Source of the DNA: Eledone cirrhosa | Taxonomy: Eukaryota | NCBI GenBank assembly: GCA_964016885.1 | Contig: OZ024740.1 | Coordinates: 437,968,001-438,032,000 of the forward strand | DNA length: 64,000 bases | Direction of reading: 5' to 3' | In this document: positions 36,361 to 47,832 of the stretch, piece by piece | Numbering within the stretch: position 1 is the stretch's first letter | Layout of the letters: every line of letters starts with the position of its first letter | The notes under the pieces: generated by a model | What the model saw: the letters and a program-made list of their open reading frames with translations, nothing else | What the model was told of the DNA's origin: nothing | The model's database searches: none | Translations under genes and position numbers: made by a program

Positions 36361-36889
36361 CCTAACCTGAAACCGATAACCAGTGGGTGTGAGTGTGTGG
36401 TTGTTGTCAATCCTTTTCAAACCAACCCGAAACCCATCATTCCCACAAGGAAACAGTAGCACAGGACAATATTCACATTTTCAGAGACTGGCATTTCAAT
36501 GACTTCCTTGAAGCTTCTTATATGATAAATGTTACCTATGATCTTAAATGTGGGACTAAACCCTGGCTTTCTCACCTCCCCCCCCCCTCTCTCTCTCTCC
36601 CATACACTGACATAAGATCATATAATTCAGCATTGTGGCTGTCTGTAAAATGTGAAAAGAAAGGCAAGGTTTTAACTGACATATAATTAGATGTATGTAT
36701 TTATGCCATGTGCGTTAATTTATATACGCACAATAGTCAGTCTCCTGATCTGTTACAAACACAATTCTCAGGGCGAAACAGATTAAATCTCTAATCTGTC
36801 TGGGAGATGAAATAGTTATTGAAACGATCTGTACATTTTACTCTTTATCCTGTATTTTCCGTATGCTTCAGGTTAAATCTGTCAAACCA

Positions 36890-36929
<40 letters not shown>

Positions 36930-37338
36930 TCAACCAACTGTGACGCCTAAACCAATCAGCTTTAGTAATCCCGTGAAACTACACACCGATTGGTCGAAAT
37001 ACAGTTTTCAAGATTTAGCATTCTGGAGCCACTTTTCACAGTGGCAAAATTTACCCATCTCATTACAGTTGAAAATTGCAAACTTGACTGTCACCACACA
37101 TTATGAACCTGAAGATTGCGAAAGCATGAAAGTACTTGTTCAATTAACACTTAACATTTAATATTCTACCATACTATTTCATTCTAATACTATAAATTTT
37201 AAAGGATTGTAAATAAAACGAGTAAATCAAAGTTGGAATTCCTTTTATTAATATAATCTTCTATACATAATCATACACACCCGTGTATATCTATCTATCA
37301 TATATATATATATATATATATATAATGACACACACATA

Positions 37339-37583
37339 TTGTCCTGGGTATGACATTAAACTACATCCAGTGACAAGGCTCCATTTCGGGAATTCATGAG
37401 CTGTGGGGAATGTGGAGTTACCCCTTAGTTGTCATAACTCCCAGGTCTGCTCTGGCCCGGAGCAGTGTTACCTGTTAGGGCCCCATTTATGGGTGAAATA
37501 ATAAAAGAACCATGTAGTCGATTTAACAGCACTAAGGTTGTCAAGGCTTATGGGCACTCTGAATGTGAGGACAATTCGGACAC
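37339..37583 (+). mobile_element. LINE 5' end: UTR plus first APE motif
   Basis: The repeat shared with 28744-28905 runs into RLMGTLNVRTIR, the APE motif I pattern GT.NVRT. Confidence 0.6.
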
Positions 37584-37625
37584 TGAGAAATACTTCCCTG
37601 GAACCCAGTGGTGCCAAACCAAAAG
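37584..37625 (+). pseudogene. Partial, internally deleted copy of the AFG3L2-like exon 3' half
   Basis: tgagaaatacttccctgga [32-bp deletion] acccagtggtgccaaaccaaaag|GTATGC, followed by intron-like sequence shared with 38496-38640. Confidence 0.6.
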
Positions 37626-38308
37626 GTATGCTTTCTCTCTTTCTCTCTTTCTTTCTTTCTTTCTCTCTCTCTCTCTCTCGCATACACTTAATGTTAAAAG
37701 AAAAGCAAGCTTTGAAGTGACAAATAATTAGATACATTGATACGACGCGTCGCCCTCATATCATGTATCTGTATGGCTGTCTGTCTGAACTTTCTAAATA
37801 AAACACACCCACACCCAACAAAGAGAACCAAATAGTTAAATTATAGAGTAGCCTAACTTGAGATTTTAATTTTTTCCATTTTTTTCATACACAAAAATAC
37901 AGATCCATAAACATTTATGTGTGTGGATCTATGTATATAGATAGGTAGATGGACAAGGGTGTCCTCACATAGGAGGTTTCCCGGTTGTTGTAATGATAGA
38001 CTCCAGTTCTATCCCGAAAAACTTGAAATGAAGCAAGTGGCTTATTAATACAATGTGCTGCCAGACCTAGGGTTTGATGTTATGTTTATGAGTGCAGCAC
38101 ACTAACCATTGAAGCCCCACCATCACATACTGAACCTACATTAGAACACTACCACACACTACAGCACTACCAGACACTATAACACTGCCATACTACACTA
38201 CCACCATCACACTACATCACCAACACCACCATTCTATATATTCAGATATATCATATCTACCCCACCTTTAACCCTGGCCCTTTATAACCCCTAAAATCTC
38301 TATTTCAG

Positions 38309-38495
38309 ATATATCGTCATTCCTACGTTACCTCTAAATATGTAACTGCTTCACCACGGCCGTTGTTGTCCCTAATGAAGGACTGGGCTCTGCTACGCAA
38401 CAGCAATGTACCAGATGGTTTTGAGAAATACTTCCCTGGAGCTAAGGAGACCCTGCCACGAAAAGAGGCCCGACCCAGTGGTGCCAAACCATAAG
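38309..38495 (+). pseudogene. AFG3L2: Isolated exon resembling the N-terminal region of m-AAA protease AFG3L2, with premature TAA
   Basis: Acceptor ctctatttcAG and donor AAG|GTATGC. Translation IYRHSYVTSKYVTASPRPLLSLMKDWALLRNSNVPDGFEKYFPGAKETLPRKEARPSGAKP*. PDGFEKYFP resembles the conserved AFG3L2 PKGFEKYFP. The call rests on one short motif. Confidence 0.55.
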
Positions 38496-38641
38496 GTATG
38501 CTTAATCTCTCTCTCTCTTCTAGACACTTCTATAAGGTCATATAATTGAACAGTGTGTCATTTCTAAAATGTGAAAAGAAAGGCAATGTTTTCAGTGACA
38601 TAATTAGAAAGATATAGATACAACGCCGCACACTCATATCA

Positions 38642-38948
38642 TCTATATATATAAAACTGTGTGTGTCTCTCCTCATTTTTGCAAAGTCTATACAAATCCA
38701 CATTTCTACTCTGATTGGCTTCAAACTTGCATTTATATATTCCTTGTGGTCTAAAGATATTAACTGCAGCTTTTATTTTTCAATTTTCTGTTTTTAAAGA
38801 GGTGTTAGGCACCAGTTATCGATCTCCATCGTGCCCTTATAATATCTGTTTGTATGTCTGGCTGTCTGCATAACGACATTATGATCCATGACGTCAGCAA
38901 TGACGTTAATCTTCGCCACATTCACACACACACGCGCATGCGCAGATA

Positions 38949-38987
<39 letters not shown>

Positions 38988-41630
38988 GTACGTATGTATG
39001 TATGTACGTATGTATGTGAGTTTCAGAAGATCCCGTTAAGGGTGAAAGCAGCGATTCTTTGCTTAAACTTTAATCTGTTATTTTAATAAATATATATATA
39101 TATATATATATCATAATTGAATATAAAAGAAAAACGAACACAGATATATACATGTGTTCAAATAGTAAGGCATGAGATTCGCTAAGGTGAAAAGAATACT
39201 AACTATAGACAATTTAAGAATAAATCAATAAAATAAATACAAACTTGGCTGCTATCTTTAGTGGTGTGAGTTTGTGAGACACGCTAAGTTCAGATACCAT
39301 GTGCGTTATATATACGCACACTATTCAGTTTTTTAATATACTTAGAAATGTCCATGATAATAATTCTTCATCCACTGATGAGCAAGAATTGGTATTCCTC
39401 TTCACAATTAATTTTGCGAAACAGCATTACCAAAGGTGTCTGGGTGATTGGTACTTACCACAATTCCGGTTTGTATTTCTTTTCTTGATTTATTCTTAAA
39501 TTGAGTCTGGCAAACCCTATTGTCTCTAGTTAGTATTCTTTTCTCCTTAGCGAAGCTGAACCCGGTGGTCAAACGGATCGGTCCCACCCGTGACAGCAGT
39601 CGTTCGACATAGCCCCACAGATAGGCAATGCCCGAGCACTGTACAATGCGTGTGCAACTGTTTCCTCGTCGCACCCGCATCTGGGACAGATCTTTTTCGA
39701 GGGGTCTCTACCAGGGCGCCCGTGTCTGTAGAGCCTTTCTCGAACGGGCAGAGCCCCTCGGTGGCACTGCCAGGCCAGGGACCTCTGGAAGTTATCCATA
39801 GGTCCCGGGCTGAATGTCCTACCGAACAGGTTGGCCAGTTCGTTTTCCTCCATGCCTAGGGCTTCTCCGAGGGTGTTGCCGCACCTGCTAACCACCAGCC
39901 CTCTATAGAATGACGAGTTGGATTCTCCACTGACAGCCGTGTCCGCCTGCGAGAGAGCCGTGAGCGCCTGGGCACACTCGGTGTGCCAGGCGCCCAATTT
40001 TCTCGGTCTTTGCTTGACCCAGGATTGCAGCTCGGTGAGCGAGACGAGTCTGGGAAAGGCTCGCCTCACAAACGGGGCCCACACCGGTTGACCGGTGATG
40101 AATACCTGGAGGTGCCGTAGCCTTAATGCGTGTTTACGCATCACCAGCCACGGCATCTCAGCCCTCCTTTCGAAGGGTGTTGACAGCAGATGGATCTCCT
40201 CACCATAGGAGCCCGCTTCTTCCAAAGGAATTGGAAGAGTGTGCGCTCCATTTTGGAGAGCGTTTCCCTTGGGCAAGGCACGACGGTCAGGCGGTAGTAG
40301 ATGTGTTCGCCACCTCCGCCCGACGACGGCATTAACAACTCCAACTTCTGCAGCAGTGGCTCTAGTCATTACATACAGAAGGGAGGAGAGAGGGCACCCT
40401 TGTCGGATGGACCGCGCGATTTCGAACGGCTCCGAGAGGTAGCCGTTCACCTTGACAAGAGCAGAAGTGCGTGCCTGCCTGCCTTAAGTCGTCCATGTTG
40501 TGGCTCCAGGTGAAGAGTTTGTACTTGAGCACAAATATGCGTGCTCATTTGCATGGTGACATGTCTGCAGCATTTGGTCAGAATATTTTAGCACTTTGTG
40601 AGGGCAAGGTCCCTGCGGATGACAAAGGCGGAATAGCAATCGACTCCCTGTGCAACATTGTGAGCAGCCCTTCTGACCTTTTGGAAGCAGTTTTTTCTAA
40701 TGTCTCATCTAACTTTAAAAACCTCGATTAGCTCAGCGAAAGAGCCATCCTTGCTCGGAAAAATACGATGGTTAATTTTATTAACGAGCAGCTGATTGAG
40801 AAGATTCCCGGTAAAGAAGACGTCTTCAAATCTATCGACCTGGCGTCAGACCCCGACGATATCGTTAATTATCCGGTTGAGTTATTAAATTCCCCAGGGC
40901 TCCCACCTCTTATTCTTAAGCTTAGGGTTGGCTGTCCCATTATGCTAATAAGGAACTTGCGTCCACCAAAGCAGTGCAACGGTACTCGCATGGTCGTCAA
41001 GTCACTGACGCTGCACTTGATTGAGGCCACCATTGTAACGGGGTGCTGGAGAGGGGAGAATGTTTTCATTCCAAGGATGAACCTTTGCCCCTCGGCGTCA
41101 GATATCCCGTTCGATTTCCGGCGATCCCAATTCCCGGTGAGACCATTTTTTTTTTCCAAGTCCATTAACAAGTCACAAGGGCAAACATTGTTGGTGGCGG
41201 TCATCCATTTGGGGGAGCCATGCTTCTCCCATGGCCAACTTTGTTGCCAGTTTCCGCGTATGGAGCAGGAATGGACTTTTTGCTTACACTCCTCAAGGGA
41301 TGACACGCAATATCGTCTACTATGAAGTGCTATAGATGTTTGAGTTATGCCGTCTGGAAAACTGGTTGGGTCACCCATAGCGGACAGATCTGACACGCAG
41401 CGGCATCAGGGCCACCATCTTGCAACTTTGTTCTACTAAATTCGCTATTGGAAGATTATTAAGCCATCATTGATTGTCCAAAATGCTAATTGGTTCGTAA
41501 CTATTAATAACCGGTTCAACTGCTTTATGCACTTAATTGATAAGATTATGCGCTTTCAAGCTACGTTTACCTGTATGTAACTTTTCATAGCAAATGAACA
41601 AACCCGAGTAACGCCGGGCTAAACTGCTAG
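38642..41630 (+). mobile_element. Third Helitron (composite): 5' TC end, helicase C-terminal remnant 40490-41330, 3' hairpin and CTAG
   Basis: A|TCTATATATATAAAACTG at 38642; LSTNMRAHL, ERAILA.KN, LKLRVGCPIMLIRNL...CNGTR, FRRSQFPVR, SINKSQGQTL, FSHGQL; acccgagtaacgccggg..ctgCTAG|T at 41602-41630. The helicase call is firm; linkage of the two ends is inferred. Confidence 0.7.
39560..40460 (-). mobile_element. L1/Tx1-clade LINE fragment (RT with internal deletion, C-terminal zinc finger)
   Basis: NGYLSEPFEIARSIRQGCPLSSLLY; FLWKKRAPMVRR..C.HPSKGGL; SLAWQCHRGALPVRERL..CPRCGCDEETVAHAL; GC-rich. Confidence 0.9.
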
Positions 41631-41729
41631 TTATCAATAATGTTATATCTCGCAATGGCCATACTCGATAACGAGGGCGCAGTCATTATGTATGGTGTTG
41701 TGATTTTTATGTACAGTATATTATTATTA

Positions 41730-42400
41730 GATGGGTAACGTGCCTGCAGTAGTCGGTAGAGCGTCCTCTCAAAATGTTTGCATTTTGCCCAAAGCAGAAA
41801 CAATTATTATTGTTGTTTGTAGTATTAGTAGTAGTATTCATTCTATTTTGTGTTCCACGTGGTTGATATTTCATCACCACAACACCACCACACCACTACA
41901 CCACCACGCCACCACACCAACACACACCACCAACACACCACTACACCAACACTGTCGATGGGTAACGTGCCTGCAGTAATCGGTAGAGCGTCCTCTCAAA
42001 ATGTTTGCATTTTGCCCAAAGCAGAAACAATTATTATTGTTGTTTGTTGTAGTTGTAGTAGCAGTAGTAGTAGTAGTAGTGCTAATAGTTGTTATTGTTG
42101 TTATTGCTTTTGTTGTTGGGGGCGGTATAGAGAGAGGTGGAATTAGTTTTGTCATTGCACTACGCACATATACATACATACGTGTGTGTGTGTGTGTATA
42201 AATATATATATATATATTTATTTATTCATTCTATTTTGTGTTCCACGTGGTTGATATTTCAACACCACCACACCACTACACCACCACGCCACCACGCCAA
42301 CACACACCACCAACACACCACCACATCACCACCACATCACCACCACACCACCAACACACCACTACACCAACACTGTCGCCACCATTTGAGCTACGTAGTC
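41730..42400 (+). repeat. Tandem arrangement of a ~90-bp mini-SINE (41730-41820, 41957-42046) and a CAC-rich unit (41836-41957, 42225-42395; related copy 44967-45095)
   Basis: gatgggtaacgtgcctgcagta.tcggtagagcgtcc...ccaaagcagaaacaattattatt twice; ttcattctattttgtgttccacgtggttgatatttc twice, with a variant near 44970. Confidence 0.85.
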
Positions 42401-42860
42401 AAAGTGAAGGAAATAGAATTGGTGAAAGATAGACATACTGATAGAAAGATATATGTATATATAGAGAGAGGAGGGGGGGGGTTAGATAGAAAGACACAGT
42501 TATAGAGATACAGACAATTACGCGTGTTGTTGTTTCTTTGATTCCGATAATACACATGTGTATCTAACAGTGATGATATGTCATATAGATTATTGAGAGG
42601 AAATGAATATTTACAAAGAAAAGCTGAAATATAATTTTAAAAAAATTAACGAATATTTATTTTTTATCTTTTGGAGTCAGTCAACATTTACCGCCATGTT
42701 CTTTGTTCTTTGTTAACAATAAAAGAATCTAATTTCTGACATACACCCTACTTCCGATCTTTAACCGCAGCCATTATATCAGAATGTATCTGTGCGTATG
42801 TCAAACTGAGTGCATGTGTATGGGTAGGTGTATATATAAAAATGTGTGTGTGAGTTGGTC

Positions 42861-43653
42861 CCAGGTTCAATCTGGGGTAACCACAGTAAGGTACTCAATA
42901 CATAGCAGAGTATAAATATTGAATCGAGAAATGTCTTCTGCAGGAGTAGAACTGTATATTATATATATAATTTGTCTGTGGTATATATAGATGAATGTTT
43001 GATGCTGAATCTCCCCGAGAATCACGCTCTAAGTGTTTATATTTATCTAAAAACCTTTATGTCCCAAACACTCTTTTCGGCTGAGTATTTTACAACTGAC
43101 AATGTAGCGACAGCCAGTTTTGGAGCATGGCGTTGGATGGCACAACTATGCGAAGTGACCAGTGATATCATTATGAGGAGGAAGAGGCCAGTTTGCCACA
43201 CCGAATCCTTCTCACAGCGGCACCCCAATTTCGGAGCCGGGCCCTCTCCCCGCGATGGATACTTCTCAATACGAAAGACGACCGTGGCAGCCTGGGACTA
43301 GATTGCACTGTTATGAGAAGTGACAGTCCAGTTGGCCGCTCGAAACCTCTTTCACAGCGGCAGCACAGTATCGGATCCAAGTACTGTGAATTGGATGGAC
43401 ACTTCTCAATACAAAACGTGCTAACGTGTGACTTGACAATGATGAGAAACCGGAACCAGACATTGTGAAGGACTGTTTATGAGGGGAGGGAGGGATGTAT
43501 GTATACGGTCATTAAAACGCACGCGCACACGCACGTATATAATTCTTCTGAATGAAACAGTTAGTCATGTAGAAGTCATTACTATATTAAATATTTATAC
43601 GCTGTTATGAATTGAGTACCTTACTTACTGTTGTTAGCTGTGATTGAACCCGG
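42861..43653. mobile_element. Putative non-autonomous TIR element, ~790 bp with ~60-bp imperfect TIRs
   Basis: ccaggttcaatc..taaccacagtaaggtactcaatacatagcagagtataaatatt versus the reverse complement of 43590-43653; internal diverged ~140-bp tandem repeat. Confidence 0.65.
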
Positions 43654-43661
43654 AATAAACT

Positions 43662-43688
43662 TTACACGTTTTTGGAAACACCCTGTAT
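43662..43688 (-). mobile_element. Tc1/mariner-like terminal repeat remnant
   Basis: Reverse complement reads TA|cagggtgtttccaaaaacgtg. Confidence 0.4.
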
Positions 43689-43799
43689 ATATATCATTTG
43701 AGATGTAAATATCACATACTTAAGAGAGATAGATGTTAGAACTCGAAAACTTGTCAGTGTTACTTGGAACTTTTGTGATGTGGATAGGCTGTACTTGTC

Positions 43800-44870
43800 A
43801 TGCAAGGAAGGTGGCCGGGGTCTAAAATCCATATTAACATCATATGACACCCGGATAGTAACACTGAAGCAACATCTTCAACAGAGGAAAAGTTTTATGG
43901 CCCAGGTTTATGAGCATGAAAAAAAAATATCATTAGGATAGCCACTGATCTGGAGGAGAGATATGGAATAAAGCCTGATATAAATCTCTCACCCAGAGAA
44001 ATCGGAAGATCCTATTCACTGTTCAAAGAAGATGAAAAAATTGACCAATTTACAGAAAAAGTTGTGCACGTATACTTGAGACGTAAAACACAGACCATAG
44101 AGGTGATAAACCACTCAAAAAGCCTGGCATGGAGTTCCGACAAGTTTATGACATGACACCTTGAGGGATATCTCTATGCAATACAGGAACAAGAACTCCC
44201 TACCAAATATCTGCTGCACAAAAGAGGAGGGCCATCAGCTGACAATAAATGTAGGCTTATGTAAAACAAAGATTGAAGATGTAAGCGACATTGTTGCCAG
44301 CTGCGAAAGAATGTCATCTCGCTACTACCTCCCCATGAGACACGATGGGATAGCTAGAACCATCTGGAACGCAAACGAGGAAGAATATATCGAGACAGAT
44401 TGCACTAAGGAATACTGGTGGAACCTGAAAATAAAAACTGCCACCAAATTAAAGCACAACCGGCCTGATATTGTTGTTTGGGACCACCCATTGAAAACGT
44501 GTTGTGTTGTGGAGATCAGTTGCCCACTTGATGTAAACGTTGTCAGAAAAATACAGGAGGAGGACATCTACGGACCATTGATGAGAAGTTTACAAATCCA
44601 GTATCCAAAATACACCTTTAGCTTCATACCCATCATTATTGGAGCTACGGGTTATATACCAACCCGCTTGGACCAAAGTATGACTGAACTTGGATTTGCT
44701 GACAAAGAGCGCAGCTCCCTAATTCATAGTCTACAAGTGGCTGCGATAGTTGGCACCTTCAAAATTTGCAAAACATTCTTGCGATTCAAGGGATGACAAT
44801 TTCTTTTCTTTTACAACCTTGCCACCAGGAAGGTGACCGGTCAAAAAATATATTCGAAATTAAGAGAAAG
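43800..44870 (+). mobile_element. R4/Dong/NeSL-type non-LTR retrotransposon 3' part with restriction-like endonuclease
   Basis: aggaaggtggccggggtcta (EGGRGL); LEGYLYAIQEQ; ORF 44161..44796 with decayed CCHC, RHD, EYWWN, HNRPDIVVWD...VVEISCP, IPIIIGATG. Confidence 0.88.
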
Positions 44871-45709
44871 AGATCACCTACATGTATGTGTGTATGTATG
44901 TATGTGTGTATGTATGTGTGTGTGTGTGTGTATGTATGTATTTGTATATATATATTTATTTATTTATTTCATTATATTTGTTCCACTCCACGTGGTTTAT
45001 ATTTCACCACCACACCGCCATCAAACCACCACACCGCCACCAAACCACCACACCAACAACACTCGCCACCACCGCCATCATTTGAACTACGTTGTCAAAC
45101 CCGGCATGACTTAGCCTTGATGAAAGAAAATGAGATGACAGTCGTAATCTCCCCCACCCCCCATACTCAATACAGAGATAGATATATTTTCTGACACCAT
45201 GATTGTAGTGTTGATTATTCCTTCATTGCATTTATTGATATTTGTCGCGCGTTTCGCCACTGATCAGCTGAAGGTTCGATCTATATCGATCCTACCCGAC
45301 TCAATAATCGGCAGCTCGACGGACCCTCTTAAAATGCTATAAGAAAATGAAATACATGCTATGTGGTAAAGTCAGTTTCAAGAGTTTGACAAAATGAGGT
45401 GTTTTGATTGGTGAGAAGGATCAAGGCGAAGTACTGGCCTGTAGTGTATATGGGGGTGGGTGTGATGGTGAGATGTTGGTGACGGTCTGTGGATGAGGTG
45501 GGCTGTGGTGTGGTGGGTTGGCCTTGGCGTGTAGAGTATGTGGGTGTGGATGTGAAGATATGGTGGTGGTTAAGGTTATTTAGTGGGATTGGCTGTGGTG
45601 TGAGGTTAGTGGACTGTCTGTAGACGGGTTGGCGTGTGGTAGTGGCGCCTTTGTCTATGGTAGCGGCGATTTTGGTGGTGTGGTGGATGTATCGGCATAC
45701 GCTCACACA

Positions 45710-45872
45710 CAGCCATATGTATATGTACACACATGTATGTGCATGCGTGCATGCGGAACGAATATGGAGAGTGGTGGAGTATCGGTGGGGGTGGCGAACG
45801 ACAGAGATGGGGGGAAGGACTCACACTCATGTATGCAAGATATACACATACACACTCCCACACACGTATACT

Positions 45873-45916
<44 letters not shown>

Positions 45917-46160
45917 TGTACCGACAACACACATATACACGCACATATATACATACATGCACATATATGAGCTCACCTACACATAGTCAGATTTACCCAT
46001 ATACATATATGTAGACGTACACATACACACACATAGACATATGTATATACATGTGTTCACATACACACACACACACACACACATACAGATAAATTTGCGT
46101 ACACGCACGCACACTTAAAACGCCCGTATGAGTAAAATACTTACACACAGACACACACAC
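45710..46160. repeat. CA/TA microsatellite mosaic
   Basis: Read directly from sequence. Confidence 0.85.
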
Positions 46161-46459
46161 TATTGTTGGTTGGGGAGTGGAGGTATGTTTTGTCGGTGTT
46201 GGTGAAGTATAGAGTTGTTTTGTGGTGGTGGTGGTGGTGGTGGTGGTGGAGTTGTGAGGGACAAAAATATATATACCGGATCGAATACCGGTTAAAAGGT
46301 GAGATAGGGAACGCGGTGGAAAAGTGTTTATGGACGTACGGCCATGTGTGTTGTGGACATGGTGGTGGTGCTGGGGTGATATGTTCGGCAAGATGATTAC
46401 ATGATCAGAGGTTACGGTGTGTTATATGCTAGGCAGACGGGGGGTGGGGGGTATATAAT

Positions 46460-46644
46460 TGTTTCTACTTTAGGCACAAGGCCAGCAAATAACCAGTGTA
46501 TTACTGGTACTTTATTTTATCGACCCCCGTAAGGATGAAAGGCAAAGTCAACGTCGGCGGGATTTGAACTCAGATCGTAAAGGGACGTAACTATGCTTGA
46601 AAGCATGGCGTCCGACCCTCTACCGATACTGCCAATCCCCCACC
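46460..46644 (-). mobile_element. Apparently full-length tRNA-derived SINE with 16-bp TSD
   Basis: TSD gtggggggtatataat at 46444-46459 and 46645-46660; A-box region ggcagtatcggtagagg, B box gagttcaaatcc; same family as 20999-21161. Confidence 0.93.
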
Positions 46645-46952
46645 GTGGGGGGTATATAATACAGTCGATTTGGGATCGAGGGATATGTGTTGATGATGAT
46701 TGTTGAAGTATGTGGATGTATTTAGTGGTGGCGGTGGTTGTGTGTGCGTGCGACAGTACAGTTACAGGATCGAATTTAACGTGTTGTTGCAAGTTAGGGT
46801 AGATAGAGGTAACATGGGGGGATGAGGATGTAGGCGTGTATGGTATGCACATGACGATGTGTGGTGTGGTGGTGGAGATGGTGTGATATGATCGACATTG
46901 TATTTACAAGGTCTCTTGTCATTGTGGATTGCAAGGTAGAACGTATCATATG

Positions 46953-47750
46953 GTATATATATATATATAAAACTAAGGATGTCTGTGTGAGTTTGAATCC
47001 CTAAACCTCGAGAACCACCCAACCGACTGTTTTCAAACTTTACACCGCGCCCTTATAATATGTCTGTATGTCTGGCTGTCTGCATCGCACTCGGCGCGTC
47101 AATGTATGGCTGTTAAATGGGCCGCAAACGCATTGATTCATTGTAAAGGCTACCAGTGGAAGCAACCGTAACACCCTCCAAATGTCAGAGAACGCAGTGA
47201 AAGTCACTATTAAGAGAACGTTGACATGGCCCTTTTTATGGTCACCACTTGAAATTGTTGATTGTTACCCGTAGTTACTGGAGTGTCAGTGAACGGCTTA
47301 CAAATCCATTATAAGGGCCCTTGAAATAACTGATGGCGACCATTTGGTTTCGGGCGGCGAGTGAACACGCACACGCCTCAGGGCCCATTTTATTGCACCA
47401 CTCCTCTGTAAAATTGTTAAATTATACCCACTGTTTGGTAAACGTTTGTGAAGGTGCGGTGGACTGGTTCGAGAAGGCTCCATATGCTGTCCGATTGCAC
47501 GTCATGCCTTGCTCAAGCATTGCAGACTTCCCTCTGATATAAGTGGTGACATCTGTCCTGCTGACTCCTGCCACTTTATTAAAGTACAAAAGCACTCAGC
47601 CGATTTTCTTCACGTGGAAGGAAAAGCATACCTAATACTAATTGCATCAGAGCATTCGGTTTATTTTCTTTACATATTGTCCAGGCATGCAGTTTTTCCA
47701 CGATTAGGTCAAAATAACTTATCCCGTGCAACGCCGGGTACCACTGCTAG
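46953..47750 (+). mobile_element. Non-autonomous Helitron
   Basis: 5' (TA)n-AAAACT start similar to 38642; shares cccttataatat..gtatgtctggctgtctgcat with 38833; 3' cccgtgcaacgccggg..ctgCTAG|T. Confidence 0.7.
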
Positions 47751-47772
47751 TATTATATATATATATGTATAT

Positions 47773-47832
47773 TGTTTTACTCTTTTACTTGTCCCAGCCA
47801 TTTTGCTGAGGTCATGCTGGGGTACCGCCTTT
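47773..47832 (-). mobile_element. Short 3'-tail fragment shared with the CR1-like LINE at 7030-7085
   Basis: tactcttttacttgtcccagccattttgctgaggtcatgctggggtaccgcc versus tactcttttacctgttccagccatccggctgaggccatgctggggcacagcc. Confidence 0.75.

Noticed and set aside
40768-41325. Cellular PIF1 helicase gene
   Set aside because: Intronless, disrupted and followed by a Helitron hairpin-CTAG terminus.
44161-44796. Stand-alone nuclease or Fanzor/TnpB-like gene
   Set aside because: Motifs are the CCHC plus PD..E restriction-like endonuclease of a non-LTR retrotransposon; no RuvC motifs seen here or elsewhere in the window.
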